Source: Alphaproteobacteria bacterium
GTDB taxonomy: Bacteria; Pseudomonadota; Alphaproteobacteria; MPNO01; UBA830
Assembly: GCA_965243135.1 (NCBI GenBank)
Contig: OZ251539.1
Coordinates: 4,832,001 to 4,896,000, forward strand
Direction: 5' to 3'
DNA: 64,000 nucleotides
Part shown: positions 10,097 to 20,959 of the stretch, one piece after another
Position numbering within the stretch: the first letter of the stretch is position 1
Layout: each line of letters begins with the position of its first letter
Made by a program: the position numbers and the translations under genes
Notes under the pieces: generated by a model
What the model was told of the DNA's origin: nothing
Database searches by the model: none
What the model saw: only the letters and a program-made list of their open reading frames with translations

Positions 10097-10899
10097 CGCG
10101 AAACCTCCGGCGAATTAGAGCAAGGAAAACGTAAGATACATAGAGCTGCGTTCCGAACCAAAAATGTCGCCCCGGCCTGTGCGGGTAGAGATGATGGAAA
10201 AGCGAAAGGCCGGGTCGCCGATGCGGCTTCGCGGCAAGTTTCTTGCGGGCGAACTTCCGGAATACCGCTCCCGGACATGCCGCCGCGGCGTCAATCTGCC
10301 CTTCGCTGGGTCGCGCGGTCGCCGACAACGAATTCCGCCGAAACCCCCAAGAATCCGTCGGGACGGATGCGCTGCGCAATTTTCGTTTGCTGCTGTTCGC
10401 TCGGCGTCCGGAGGACCGGGTCGGCCCTCCGAGAACGGTTCCGCGTGGAACGCGCAGACCGAGCCGCTTTCCGGCGTTCGTCCTGCCGCTTGCCTTCGGA
10501 GAAATGTTCGGGTATCGTTCTGTAGAAGGTCAGGTGCCGATAACCTTTGGGTCGATCCCGCGGCGCACTTGCGGAATTGCCTCGAGTGCCTGGCCTCGCG
10601 GCAACGTGCGAACGGTCGTTCAGCCGCCAGCTTCCTGCGCTTCAAGGTTGAACGGACGGACAAGAGCCGCTGAAGCGGGTGTCTTTCCGACGGGTCTGTG
10701 CACGGCATGCAGCGGAGACGTCAGGACGCCAAGCTGGGATTTCTCCCGGAAGGCGCGCCGGAGGAAACGCCTCTGATGACCGGCTTCGCTCGACATGCGG
10801 CCGAAGCGAGACACGCTTGCGCTGCATCGTTTTTTTGCCGCTGCGGCGGCGTCCGGGCGGGCGGAGCCGCAGGCCCCCCGCATCGTCCGCGCCCGGAAA

Positions 10900-11940
10900 T
10901 CAGATTCCGTCGTAACGATGCCGATTCCCCTTGAAATCCGTCAGAACCCAACCATCGGCGCTCGCCGACGCTCTTTCCTCGGCAACGGGCGCCTTGCCGT
11001 GACCGCCCGGAATGTCGACCACGTAGGTCGGCTGGCACAGCCCCGACAGCCTGCCGCGCAGCGCATCGACGAGCCGCCGGCCGTCGGCGAGGGGGAGACG
11101 AAACCGGGCGGTCCCTCGCGCCCTGTCGGGATGATGCAGATAGTAGGGCTTGATCTTCAACGCGACGAACCTGCGCATGAGTTCGCCCAGAACGTCCACG
11201 TCATCGTTGACGCCCCTGAGAAGAACCGACTGCGACAGCAGGGGTATTCCCGCTTCCGTCAAACGCCCGCACGCTGCCGCGACATCCGCCGACAACTCCC
11301 GGGCGTGGTTGCAATGAAGAACCATCCATACCGGCTTGGACGCGCGGAGGGCGTCGAGCAACGCCTCGGTCACGCGGGCGGGCGCGGCGACCGGCGCTCT
11401 AGTGTGGATGCGGATGTTCAGAAGATGCGGAATCTCGTCCAGCCGCCTCACTATTCGCGCAAGGCGCGCGTCGGACAGGGAAAGCGGGTCGCCCCCGGTA
11501 AGTATCGCCTCCGCGATCCGCGGCCGCTCTTCAATATACGCGAAGGCCGCTTCGAGATCCTCGTCGCCAGGCGCCTCCGCCGCCCGCCCGACGCGGTCCC
11601 GGCGGAAACAGTAGCGGCAATAGACCTGGCAGGACATGGTCGGCATCAGGAGGACGCGATCCGGATACCGGTGAACGAGCCCCTTGACCGGCGATCGCGC
11701 CTCGTCGCCGATCGGATCGTCGAGCTCGTCCGGCGTCGTTTCGAGCTCGGCGGAGTCGGGCACGAACTGGCGGGCGATGGGATCGTCCGGATCGTTCCGG
11801 TCGATCAGCGCCGCCAGCGCGGGGGGGATTGCGATGGCGTAGCGCGCCGCGACCGCATCGATTTTGGCTGCCTGTTCCGGCCGGACCAATCCGGCGGAGG
11901 CGAGTTCGCTGCCGCTGCGCAGCGAAGAACCAGAATTCAC
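10900..11940 (-). CDS. Lysine 2,3-aminomutase-like radical SAM protein (KamA/EpmB family)
   Basis: HRYPDRVLL, CQVYCRYCFRR, TGGDPL, SQSVLLRGVND, DIPGGHGK; start chosen at GTG 11940. Confidence 0.88.
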   Translation of the reverse strand: MNSGSSLRSGSELASAGLVRPEQAAKIDAVAARYAIAIPPALAALIDRNDPDDPIARQFVPDSAELETTPDELDDPIGDEARSPVKGLVHRYPDRVLLMPTMSCQVYCRYCFRRDRVGRAAEAPGDEDLEAAFAYIEERPRIAEAILTGGDPLSLSDARLARIVRRLDEIPHLLNIRIHTRAPVAAPARVTEALLDALRASKPVWMVLHCNHARELSADVAAACGRLTEAGIPLLSQSVLLRGVNDDVDVLGELMRRFVALKIKPYYLHHPDRARGTARFRLPLADGRRLVDALRGRLSGLCQPTYVVDIPGGHGKAPVAEERASASADGWVLTDFKGNRHRYDGI

Positions 11941-12088
11941 GATGGCGTTCCTCCCGGAGATCCGAACGCGAACTAAAAGTCCGTTGCCGCCGGGCGCGGC
12001 GCTGAGGTCCGCCGACGGCCGGCGCATGATGCAATTTCGGCCGCTCAGCCTATAGTGCGCGAACATACCGCAATCCGGGAGACCGTTC

Positions 12089-12691
12089 ATGACGCGTATC
12101 ACACCGCTCCGGCGCGAACAGGCGACCGATCTTGAGGATGTTTTCGAACGCGCGGAGCAGGCGCTCGGCTTCGTGCCCAACAGCTTCTTCACCATGGGTC
12201 GGGCGCCCGGAATTCTGCGCGCCTTCGCGCGGCTCGCGCGCGAGGTTATCGGAGTTCCCGGAAAGCTGCCCATGCCGCTGAAACGAATGGTCGCCTACAT
12301 GGCGAGCAGGTCGGCGGGATGTCAGTATTGTTCGGCGCATACCGCCCAGTCCGCCGTGGCAGTCGACGGCGTTTCGCCGGAGAAGATCGCCGCCATCTGG
12401 AACTACGAGAAAAGCGCGATGTTCGACGATGCGGAACGCGCAGCGCTCCGGATGGCGCAGGGCGCCGGCGCGGCGCCCAATGCGGTCGACGACGAGGACT
12501 TCGAGGATCTGAAGCGTCACTTCGACGAGGATCAAATCGTCGAGCTGGTCGCCGTCGTGTGCCTGTTCGGCTGGCTCAACCGGTGGAACGACACTATGGC
12601 GACCACGCTCGAGTCCCGACCTCTGGAATTCGGCTTGTCCGTTCTCGCGGACAGCGGCTGGACGCCCGGCAAACACGCGGCCCGTGGCTGA
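12089..12691 (+). CDS. AhpD/carboxymuconolactone decarboxylase-family protein
   Basis: LGFVPNS, GCQYCSAH, QIVELVAVV.LFGWLNRWND. Confidence 0.85.
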   Translation: MTRITPLRREQATDLEDVFERAEQALGFVPNSFFTMGRAPGILRAFARLAREVIGVPGKLPMPLKRMVAYMASRSAGCQYCSAHTAQSAVAVDGVSPEKIAAIWNYEKSAMFDDAERAALRMAQGAGAAPNAVDDEDFEDLKRHFDEDQIVELVAVVCLFGWLNRWNDTMATTLESRPLEFGLSVLADSGWTPGKHAARG

Positions 12692-13547
12692 AGCCCGGCC
12701 GAGAAGCGCACCGTCCGGAGGACTCCAGGGACCGTCCGCCTATCCTTCCCTGGCAGGGCGGTCCGTCATCGTAACCGGCGGCGGTCAGGGAATCGGCCGG
12801 TGCATGGCGCTCGCGCTGGCGGAGCGCGGCGCCAACGTGTTGATCACCGCGGCCCGCGACGCCGTTTCCCTGGACGAGACGACAGCGGCCGCCGAAGGCC
12901 TTGCCGGCGACATGACGTCGCTGCAAGCCGATATCCGGGATCCGGACGCTTGCGCCCGCACGGTCGAGCTCGCGCTCGCCCGCTTCGGGGCGCTGCACGC
13001 GCTCGTCAACAACGCGGCGCGCGGCATCCACTACGTGCGCGAAGCCACCGGCGGCGAGGCCGTCGAATTCTGGAAGACGGACCGGTCGCGATGGGCCGAG
13101 GCCGTCGAAACCAACGTCACAGGAACCTTCCGGATGACCGCGGCGGCCGTGCCGCACATGATCGCGCGACGCTTCGGGCGGATCGTGAACGTTTCGACGA
13201 GCGACCGGTCGATGGTCCGTTCCATGAACACTCCTTACGGCCCGTCGAAAGCCGCTCTGGAAGCCATGAGCGTCGCCTGGGCGCAGGAATTGTCGGGGCA
13301 CGGCGTTACGGTGAACGTATTGCTGCCGGGCGGCGCGACGCGAACCCGCATGGCGACCGGAGTGACGAGGAAACCGCTCCATCCGCCCGAGATCATGAAC
13401 CCCGCGATTCTCTGGCTGTGCTCGGACGATTCGTCGGGCTGCACGGGCGGACGCTATATCGCGGAGGACTGGGATGCCGACGCCGCGCCGGAAGCGGCCG
13501 CGGCGGGGGCGCGAGGAACCCGGCACGCGCTGCCAGTCATCATGTAG
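12684..13547 (+). CDS. Short-chain dehydrogenase/reductase
   Basis: TGGGQGIG, NNAA, YGPSK. Confidence 0.9.
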   Translation: MAEARPRSAPSGGLQGPSAYPSLAGRSVIVTGGGQGIGRCMALALAERGANVLITAARDAVSLDETTAAAEGLAGDMTSLQADIRDPDACARTVELALARFGALHALVNNAARGIHYVREATGGEAVEFWKTDRSRWAEAVETNVTGTFRMTAAAVPHMIARRFGRIVNVSTSDRSMVRSMNTPYGPSKAALEAMSVAWAQELSGHGVTVNVLLPGGATRTRMATGVTRKPLHPPEIMNPAILWLCSDDSSGCTGGRYIAEDWDADAAPEAAAAGARGTRHALPVIM

Positions 13548-13657
13548 CAAGGGATTTTATCCACATCCCACAGAATTTCAGCGCGTTACGACGCCAACCC
13601 AAGCCCGTTACGACTCAGGTTGGTCCCGGCGCACATGCCGCACTGGCAGCATTTCAG

Positions 13658-13890
13658 CTACGCGAGCAGGTCGAACGCGCCGAGCGTCGAAGCGAGGTAG
13701 AAGTCACTGTCTTCGATCGGCGCCACATGCAAATGCTTACCGACCTGCGGCGTGGCGGACCACGTCGGGATCGAAGCCCATGACTCAGTTGGGGCTGCCC
13801 GCGATGATGAAGAGGTCCGACCCACCCTAAAGGTGCCGCCTTCGGCACCGCCCACCAGTTGGTCGTCGCCATCGCCGTGTCCGAGCGGCG
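13658..13890 (-). pseudogene. Possible remnant of an RTX/haemolysin-type Ca-binding protein C-terminus
   Basis: GDGDDQLVGGAEGGTF, then after a frame change GGSDLFII..GFDPD. Confidence 0.3.
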
Positions 13891-14023
13891 CACCCGTAAG
13901 GCCGACGCCGAACATGGCACCCAAGTCCGGTGCCGCCGAAGCTCCGATCATCGACGAGACCTCTTGGTCTCGTTTCCTTTCACCCTCTCTCCCAGTTCCC
14001 GGTTCTTCCTTCCCGGATTCTCG

Positions 14024-14314
14024 CTACCCTTTTTCTCTTTCTTGCCCTTCTTCTTCCGGTCGTCCTGGCTCGGCGCTCCCCGTCGTTGCCTTCGGCTGTC
14101 TGGCCCCGAACCAGAAACCGGTGATCGATCCAGCCATGCTCCCTACCGCCCCGAGCACTGCGATGGCCATGTCGTACTTCTTTTCCCATAGCAGCCACAC
14201 TACGGTTGCCGCAGAAAGACCCAGATAAGTTCCTACCGCCGCGTAAGTTACCAGTCGCCGAACCGCGCTCCGCTTTTGCTCCGTTTCCTGTGCTGTCGCT
14301 GGGTTGTCGCTCAT
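14024..14314 (-). CDS. Small two-TM hypothetical membrane protein
   Basis: Two hydrophobic segments, GSITGFWFG motif, charged C-tail. Confidence 0.7.
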   Translation of the reverse strand: MSDNPATAQETEQKRSAVRRLVTYAAVGTYLGLSAATVVWLLWEKKYDMAIAVLGAVGSMAGSITGFWFGARQPKATTGSAEPGRPEEEGQEREKG

Positions 14315-14506
14315 TGTCGTTCGAACTCCTCGATTCGCTTCGGTTTCCGACCAGTCCGCAGCTTGGCGATCGGTCCCTCCGTCGCCATGTAAATTTGGCT
14401 CAAATAGAATGTATTCGGTTCTTTCAGGGTGTCTAGGGCAACCCGTCCTCAGTGCAGTTGATGCTTAGCCGGTCACGTCGCTGATTATCCGCCTGATTTC
14501 AGTCCG

Positions 14507-15691
14507 CTACCCTCCGAGCTTTTCTTCCCTTGCCCGTCCGTCCTGGTGTTCCCGAAGCCCTGAGATCCCCGAGATCTCGCATGTGGATCCGTCGGGGCAC
14601 ATGAGGTTGAACCGCACGCCCCGCAATGCTGCTGGACGGTACTCCGCAACCAAGTCGAACCGGGCCTTTACCGAATGATGCACCAGCGGCCGACATTTTC
14701 CGTCGTCGACCGGGCGATCATTGTCGCGGACACAGACCTTCCGCACCTCCTTTGGGTAGACCTTCCCGAGTCCTGTCGTGTGCCGGTGCACCATGCCGGT
14801 GACATCGGGATGGACCAGGATGTCGTCCACGTCGAGAAGACTGAGAATTTCCCCCTGTTCCTCGAGGAGTCTCTCGATTTCTTTCTTCGATGGTTCCGCT
14901 ATGTTGATCCTTGTTCCCAAAGCTTCCCTGCACTTTTGGATCATGAAGTTCAGGCTGACATCCGCGAGTCCGTCGTGCCAGTATCCGCCGCCGATGTCGC
15001 TGTGTACGCCCGGGAACCACACTTCGGTGATCCGGTCTTGATTCACTTCGTCGCGATTAATTAGCGTCGGCTCGAATGCCACCCGGTCCTCGTCCAGGGA
15101 GACGAGGTGGACAGCTCGATCTATCCTTGAGTGCAGCGTTCCGTGCTCGAATACGACATCGCTGCTGATCGTCTCGCCCTTTGTGTGGATCCCGTCCATG
15201 GCCGCCACGGTATCGAAGACCCCCAAGAAGCTGACCCGCAAGTCGGAGTTGGCCTTGAGTATTCTGCTCGCGAATTTCCGCGCGAGCGCTGCGCCGCGGC
15301 TGAATCCGAACACGACGATGCGATCGTCTGGAGTTGGCTCCCATTCCTCCAAGTCGTTCTCTGCCTGCTTCAGGATCCTCCGTGCGTCTCCCCAGCTCGG
15401 TGCGAGTGCGCTGTTGATTTCTCTTTTCGCCCACCCGATGAGCTTGCCCACGAGGGGTATGGTCTCTCCATCCTCCCGCGTTCCGATTCCATTGTAGTAG
15501 CGGGTCTCCTGACGCTCGCCTCCCTTGGTGAGAGTTTCACTCCTGTCTTCATCCAGTCCGCCGCCCATGAGTACGTGCAGCTTCAGGACATTGCTCACGC
15601 TCTCGTCGTGCTTGAAACCGGTCGCGTCCTGCGGCTCGTTCCCGGTGCCGTCGAAGCTGAATACCAACGTGCGTGCTGCCGATGCATTCAT
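14507..15691 (-). CDS. DUF2235 alpha/beta hydrolase (Tle1-like phospholipase domain)
   Basis: FDGTGN, SNVLKL, YYNGIGT, GFSRGAALAR, GVFDTV, EVWFPGVHSDIGGG. Confidence 0.9.
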   Translation of the reverse strand: MNASAARTLVFSFDGTGNEPQDATGFKHDESVSNVLKLHVLMGGGLDEDRSETLTKGGERQETRYYNGIGTREDGETIPLVGKLIGWAKREINSALAPSWGDARRILKQAENDLEEWEPTPDDRIVVFGFSRGAALARKFASRILKANSDLRVSFLGVFDTVAAMDGIHTKGETISSDVVFEHGTLHSRIDRAVHLVSLDEDRVAFEPTLINRDEVNQDRITEVWFPGVHSDIGGGYWHDGLADVSLNFMIQKCREALGTRINIAEPSKKEIERLLEEQGEILSLLDVDDILVHPDVTGMVHRHTTGLGKVYPKEVRKVCVRDNDRPVDDGKCRPLVHHSVKARFDLVAEYRPAALRGVRFNLMCPDGSTCEISGISGLREHQDGRAREEKLGG

Positions 15692-15801
15692 TTTCTGCGC
15701 CTCCCTGCCTTTTTGTCGCGGTGCAGTCGGGTTGGTTTAAAGGAGGCGGGGCTGCCTCTTCCCCTCCATTTTCTTGTCGTCCAGCACCACTGATGGAGGC
15801 A

Positions 15802-15990
15802 TTATTTCTTCCCGTGCTTGGTCGGATCTACCAAGTCGTAGGTCATATCCGGCTTGGGTGTGGGCGGCAGAGGTTCACCCCTCGTGACGGTGCGCTCGGC
15901 ACCCTTTCCGCCTCTCGGACCCATCTGTTGATACTGTCCCGACCGAGGTGCACGTTGACCTGGTTTCAGACCGCTTCTCTTGCTTGGCAT
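15802..15990 (-). CDS. YjzC-family small protein
   Basis: LKPGQRAPRSGQY..MGPRGG....T...GEPLPPTP....Y.LVD.TKH. Confidence 0.8.
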   Translation of the reverse strand: MPSKRSGLKPGQRAPRSGQYQQMGPRGGKGAERTVTRGEPLPPTPKPDMTYDLVDPTKHGKK

Positions 15991-16401
15991 TGGTAAGTTC
16001 CCCAACGGAGCGTTTCGCAGCACGATTACTGCTGACCCCGATATGTGGGGGTAGTTGAGCCTGAATCCAACCCCTACGGGTGGTGTTCTTTCTGGCCCGC
16101 ATTCGCACGGCGTTCATTCGCGGACAACCCGTCCCCGTCGCGCATGAACCGGCAAGCCGGGCGCTCCCGGCGCGATGCAGGTCGGCTTGCGCGGGCTCCG
16201 TTGCCGGCGCCCGGCCATCACCGCCGCCAGCTCCTACCGGGCGATTTCGGTCAGGATTTTCTTGCATGCAAAGATACGCAACGCCTCGGAACGATACAAC
16301 GCATGAGATGCAGAAGAACCGCTATGAATACAGGATGGGCGGACCGGAATGGTGCGAAACTGCACGTAAGGCTGGTTGGCTGCAAGGCCGGGGACCGTCT
16401 C

Positions 16402-17271
16402 TTATCGTCGTTCCCGATGCCAGACGTAGAGACCGCTTCCAATCACGATCGCCGCGCCGGCGATGGAAAAGCGGTCCGGAAACTCGCCGAAAAGAAAAAC
16501 GCTGAAGACCACGGCCCAAACGAGTTGCGTGTAGAGAAACGGCGACAACGTCGAGACCTGCGCGATCTCGAAAGCGCGGATAAGGAGATAATGGCCGAGG
16601 CCGAACAGGCAGCCTGTCGCGATCATCAAGCCCCAACCCCGGATATCCGGCGAGCTCCAGACGAAGGGAACCACGAAGGACATGACGACGACGCCAACCG
16701 CCGAAGTCCAGAACAGGCTCGTCTTGGTGTCTTCCGTCCGTCCCGCGATACGCGTCATGATCTGATAACCAGCGTAACATACCGCGGTCATCAGGGGCAG
16801 GACGGCGGCCCAGTGCACGATCCCGAAGCCGGGGCGGATGATGACGAGCACTCCGGCGAAGCCGACCACGATGGCTGTCCAGCGGCGGATTCCGACCTGC
16901 TCGCCGAGAAAAGGTATCGACAGCGCGGTCACCAACAGCGGAGCGACGAAGTTGATCGACACCGCTTCGGCAAGCGGGAGAAACTTCAGGGCGGTGAAGA
17001 AGGTGACCGTTCCCGCGAGGAGCGTGACGGATCGGGCCAGATGCAGAAACGGCCGCCTCGTCGCCATCTGGCTCCAAATCCCGCCGCGAGAGAACACGAC
17101 GAGGAAAACGAGGGCGTGGAAGACATAGCGCGCCCAGACGATCTGCATGACGTCGTAGTCGCGAGCCAGCGTCTTCACGCACGCTTCGCCGGTGCCGAAC
17201 AGGGCGACCCCGGCGCACATGAGAAGAATTCCGAGCGACGGCTTTTGCGCCCGCCCGTCTGCGTTATTCAT
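16402..17271 (-). CDS. DMT/EamA-family transporter
   Basis: About 10 TM segments, PLAEAVSINFVAPL, LGEQVGIRRW, IIRPG. Confidence 0.9.
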   Translation of the reverse strand: MNNADGRAQKPSLGILLMCAGVALFGTGEACVKTLARDYDVMQIVWARYVFHALVFLVVFSRGGIWSQMATRRPFLHLARSVTLLAGTVTFFTALKFLPLAEAVSINFVAPLLVTALSIPFLGEQVGIRRWTAIVVGFAGVLVIIRPGFGIVHWAAVLPLMTAVCYAGYQIMTRIAGRTEDTKTSLFWTSAVGVVVMSFVVPFVWSSPDIRGWGLMIATGCLFGLGHYLLIRAFEIAQVSTLSPFLYTQLVWAVVFSVFLFGEFPDRFSIAGAAIVIGSGLYVWHRERR

Positions 17272-17897
17272 TCATGCACTCTCAAAGCGGCGCAATTTCG
17301 TCGTCCCGGGAGCACCGGAAGCACCCGCCCAAACATCGAGGGTCCCGCGACCCCGCCCAACATCGGCCAAGCACCGCGCATTGCGTCAAGAGATTGCCTT
17401 TCTGCCTGAGGCGCGCACGAGAAAGACAGGCGGGCCGCCTTCTCGAAAATGCTCGTCGACTGTCCGGTTTGTCCGAAGAGTTCGTCCGCAGTTTCCCGGT
17501 CGATTCGGTTTCAAGCGCTCGCGGCACGTTGCGCACGCTTGGACGAACGCCTTGCGGCGAACGGCCCGGCTGCGCCGCAGGGACTGGCGCGACGGATGAT
17601 CGCTCGAACCGTAAGATATTTCATCGGCTCCGATCGTCAAGCCGCGCATTCACGGCGCCTCGTTGCCGCGACGGCGCCGCCTCACCATCCGATCGCCTGT
17701 CCAAGAAACACGGCCTCGGGCGACCATCGGCGTCCCTTTCCGGGCGAACGCGCGCTCTCTTCTTGCGCCTGCCTCCGCACCGCGACGAGTCGCGTATCCG
17801 GCCGCCTTCCGGTTATGATCGACGCCACTCAACGGCCCGCCGGCCGCCCGGCGGCTGAGCAACCTGTTCCACGTTCGGTAAATCGGAGGCGACGCCA

Positions 17898-18512
17898 ATG
17901 CCGGACATGGCTCTGGAAAACGAATACGAGGGCCCCGTGGCGGGCGTCGACGAAGCCGGAAGAGGACCGTGGGCCGGCCCCGTCATGGCCGCGGCGGTGA
18001 TACTGCCGACCTCGCTGCCGGAGAGTCTCGAAAAGGGGCTCGACGATTCCAAGAAGCTCTCCGCGCGCCGCCGAGAGACTCTTTTTGGTATCCTGAAAGG
18101 CTGCGCGGAAATCGGCGTCGGGGCCGCGAGCGTCTTGGAAATCGACCGCCTCAACATCCTCGTGGCGACTCATCTCGCGATGCGCCGCGCGGAGCGGCGT
18201 CTGCGCAGCGAACCGGCTTTCGCGCTGATCGACGGAAACAGTTCGCCGGCCGGCCTCCGCTGCCCGGCTCGCGCCGTGGTCAAGGGGGATAGCTTGAGCC
18301 TGTCCATCGCGGCGGCGTCGATCGTCGCGAAGGTAACGCGCGACCGGATCATGGGGACGCTGGCATGCAGATACCCTTGGTATGGCTGGGATCGCAACGC
18401 GGGATACGGCACTCGCCAGCACAGGGAGGGCCTTTTGGCGGCAGGCGTGACGAGCCATCACCGTCGCACGTTCGCGCCGGTAGCGGAGATGCTGGAGCGC
18501 TCGCGCCGGTAA
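17898..18512 (+). CDS. rnhB: Ribonuclease HII
   Basis: GVDEAGRGPWAGPV, DSKKLS, KGD..SLSIAAASIVAKVTRD. Confidence 0.96.
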   Translation: MPDMALENEYEGPVAGVDEAGRGPWAGPVMAAAVILPTSLPESLEKGLDDSKKLSARRRETLFGILKGCAEIGVGAASVLEIDRLNILVATHLAMRRAERRLRSEPAFALIDGNSSPAGLRCPARAVVKGDSLSLSIAAASIVAKVTRDRIMGTLACRYPWYGWDRNAGYGTRQHREGLLAAGVTSHHRRTFAPVAEMLERSRR

Positions 18513-18834
18513 ATCCACTCTCTCGCACCATAGCGAAATGCGCTTTTCTCTTTAATTTTAACTCAATAGGCATTAGCTTGACCGTGCACGGCGTTGCCCG
18601 ACCATGCCAAGGGACAATGCGATTCCGAGAACCAAATTCGATAAAATCAGAGTTATTCATGGAGTTACGGGAAATTTCCGCGGAAGCGCGCCTGTTTGCC
18701 GACGCTGGCGCGGACGTAACGCGAATTGAGCCTTAAATTTTTGACTTTTACATGGATACTTTCTTGAACAAACGCTATGCATCATGCGCATAGCTGTAGA
18801 ATACTATTGGTTTCCATGTAGCGATAACCATCTC

Positions 18835-19251
18835 CTATGTTGCAAGTATCGCAAGAAGCGCTACCGTCATCGTCAACAGGCAACTGTAAAATAAACAGAC
18901 AGACCATGACATCGCCACTTTCCAGACGGAATCGACCGATGAAATTTGAGAGTGGTAGTTGAGATCGAACGGTTTGACAGATAATCCTTCCGCGACGGCT
19001 TCGTAGAGCTTTACATAGCATCTCTCAAGATGAAGGTACTTGGCGTCCATTCCCCAGAAGGCGATGACTGGAATGCAGGCGCCAAGTCCGATCAACCAGT
19101 GCGGATCGCTCGATAGACCCGAAAATACGAATGCGGCCGTGACCAGCGAAACAGCACATGTTTTCATATGCGCACTGTTGGCGGCCATGCGGCTAACGAC
19201 GCTCTGCACCATCTTGAGATGCTCCACCGTCGATGCGAGTTCGTCTGCCAT
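18835..19251 (-). CDS. Small multi-TM hypothetical protein of a family recurrent in defence loci
   Basis: HLKMVQSVVSRMAANS..MK..AVSLV, FWGMDAKYL.LER.Y..LYEAV; AT-rich. Confidence 0.7.
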   Translation of the reverse strand: MADELASTVEHLKMVQSVVSRMAANSAHMKTCAVSLVTAAFVFSGLSSDPHWLIGLGACIPVIAFWGMDAKYLHLERCYVKLYEAVAEGLSVKPFDLNYHSQISSVDSVWKVAMSWSVCLFYSCLLTMTVALLAILAT

Positions 19252-19305
19252 GGCAAGATGTCGCCTCAAGCGTATCCTGCAGGCAGGATAGGACAAGACG
19301 TCAAG

Positions 19306-19814
19306 TCATTTCAAGCTGGAAATGCGGCTCTCCAACCAGCCTGCGGTCGCGGCATAGACTTCCGCCCGCCGCCGTAGCATTTCCGTCGTCCAATTCCCCT
19401 CCGCCCCGTCGCAAAATCGCTTCAATGGGCGAGCACCGACAGCGTGAAGCTGACCGGAGCGCAGTTCATGCCGTGCAACGTTCGGTACGCCGCTTCCGCG
19501 CTATCCTTCGCAACCTGGCTCCTGCATTCCAGGCCTTCGTCGGGGCCGTGTCGGCGAAAAACGTTCCAGAAGATCCGCTGCGCGTCAGCCAGCGCATCGC
19601 AGAGCGTCTCTCGTCTACGGAAAGCCGCTGAAGTTCCTACCGCATCGACACGTTCGGCGTGACTTCGGCATTCAACAACATGCTATGGCAGTGCGCTTTG
19701 AAGCGCTAGGCAGCGGCGCGAATGGCCATCAACCACGAAGGCGTAACGAAACGACTCCGTATCGTGGAACTGTTCGTGTATCGACAGTTCGTTGGCGGGC
19801 AAATTCAACTCCAT
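19306..19814 (-). pseudogene. Decayed third gene of the DUF262/DUF3696 module (NsnC position)
   Basis: Starts overlapping the ATPase stop (ANELSIHEQFHD), then a frameshift and two in-frame TAG (LMAIRAAA*RF..SMR*ELQRL..AMRWLTRSG). Confidence 0.55.
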
Positions 19815-20959
19815 CCGGCGAAGCAGTCCATGTCCTTGTCGAATTGGTCGAAAAAGCCCTCCGGCCAAGCGTCGATGTTGCCGGCACCGTTCAGCAAAGG
19901 GCTTTGAACTTGCGCAAAGCCGTCCGATTCCTCTTCCTGCCTAACGCGGAAAAAGTGAATGGCTGCGTCTTCCGGAGAAAGGGTATCGCGCTTCACGGCT
20001 CGACGAATAGCGTTCAATACATGGTCGCTATGGGTCTCGAGAATAACCTGCACCCCGGCAGCTGCGACTTCGGCCAGGAAATCGCCCATAGCAGCCTGCC
20101 CGGCCGGATGGAGGTGCACCTCCGGATTTTCGATCAGCAGTAGATCGTCCTTATTCGCTGACAGGGCCGCGACCACGATTGGAAGTATCTGCGTCAACCC
20201 GAAACCGGCATGAATCGGCCGGTGGAAATCCGTGCCTTTCGAAGTTCGAAGCCCCAGCGTCACCGCGTTGGCTTGCGGAACTTTTTCGACCGTCAGCTCG
20301 CAGCCCGGAAAAAACCGGTTCATACGGGCTTCGACCTGGCGCAATCGAGTCGGCGGGGTGTCCTCGACGGCCAGTTCATCGAGAACATGTTCATCGCCGC
20401 CGTAGTAGAGGATGCCGACAGCGTGTTCTCCTCTCGGGCCTACGACGGGCGCATGCCGGGGCTCATCCAAAGGATAGGTTTTCCGTGGTCCCATCCGTTC
20501 GGCGGTCAAGTATGTGAGGCCGCAAAGACGAGCCTGCAACGAGTCAGCCCGCACGTCTTCGCCCCACGGCAGCAGATGGCGCAGCATCTTGGGGGCATCT
20601 TCGCCGACATCGCCAAGCGCACTGCGGATCCGTTTCACCTCCATGGACATCTCTGCGCGTTCGCCCATGAATTCCCACTGAAACTCCCGTTCCTCATCCA
20701 GCAACGCTATCTCTACCGAGCGACTCCCTTGCATCTGGTCGATGACGTCGGCTACGGTACCGAGGCGAACGGCGGCGCCGTTCAACATCAGACGCGACGA
20801 CCACTCATGCTCCCGCATCGTCTGGTGCAGGAGAACCAGCGCCTGCAACACGGAAGACTTTCCCGACGCATTCGCGCCGGAAAGCAAGGTCAGCGGGCAA
20901 AGCGGCAACTTCACCGCAGTGAAACATTTGAAGTACCGAAGATCGATCCGTCTAAGCAC
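19805..20959 (-). CDS. ABC/AAA ATPase with C-terminal DUF3696
   Basis: GANASGKSS, GFGLTQILP, LIENPEVHLHP, ETHSDH, WPEGFFDQ. Confidence 0.9.
   Translation of the reverse strand: MLRRIDLRYFKCFTAVKLPLCPLTLLSGANASGKSSVLQALVLLHQTMREHEWSSRLMLNGAAVRLGTVADVIDQMQGSRSVEIALLDEEREFQWEFMGERAEMSMEVKRIRSALGDVGEDAPKMLRHLLPWGEDVRADSLQARLCGLTYLTAERMGPRKTYPLDEPRHAPVVGPRGEHAVGILYYGGDEHVLDELAVEDTPPTRLRQVEARMNRFFPGCELTVEKVPQANAVTLGLRTSKGTDFHRPIHAGFGLTQILPIVVAALSANKDDLLLIENPEVHLHPAGQAAMGDFLAEVAAAGVQVILETHSDHVLNAIRRAVKRDTLSPEDAAIHFFRVRQEEESDGFAQVQSPLLNGAGNIDAWPEGFFDQFDKDMDCFAGWS

Noticed and set aside
10100-10895. About 800-bp gap, and similar gaps at 4500-4950 and 17300-17890, checked for ncRNA or riboswitch
   Set aside because: No tRNA, rRNA or riboswitch consensus recognised; needs an Rfam scan
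18545-18570. TTAA-N7-TCAA resembling a CtrA site after rnhB
   Set aside because: One mismatch in an AT-rich tract and no downstream gene; expected by chance
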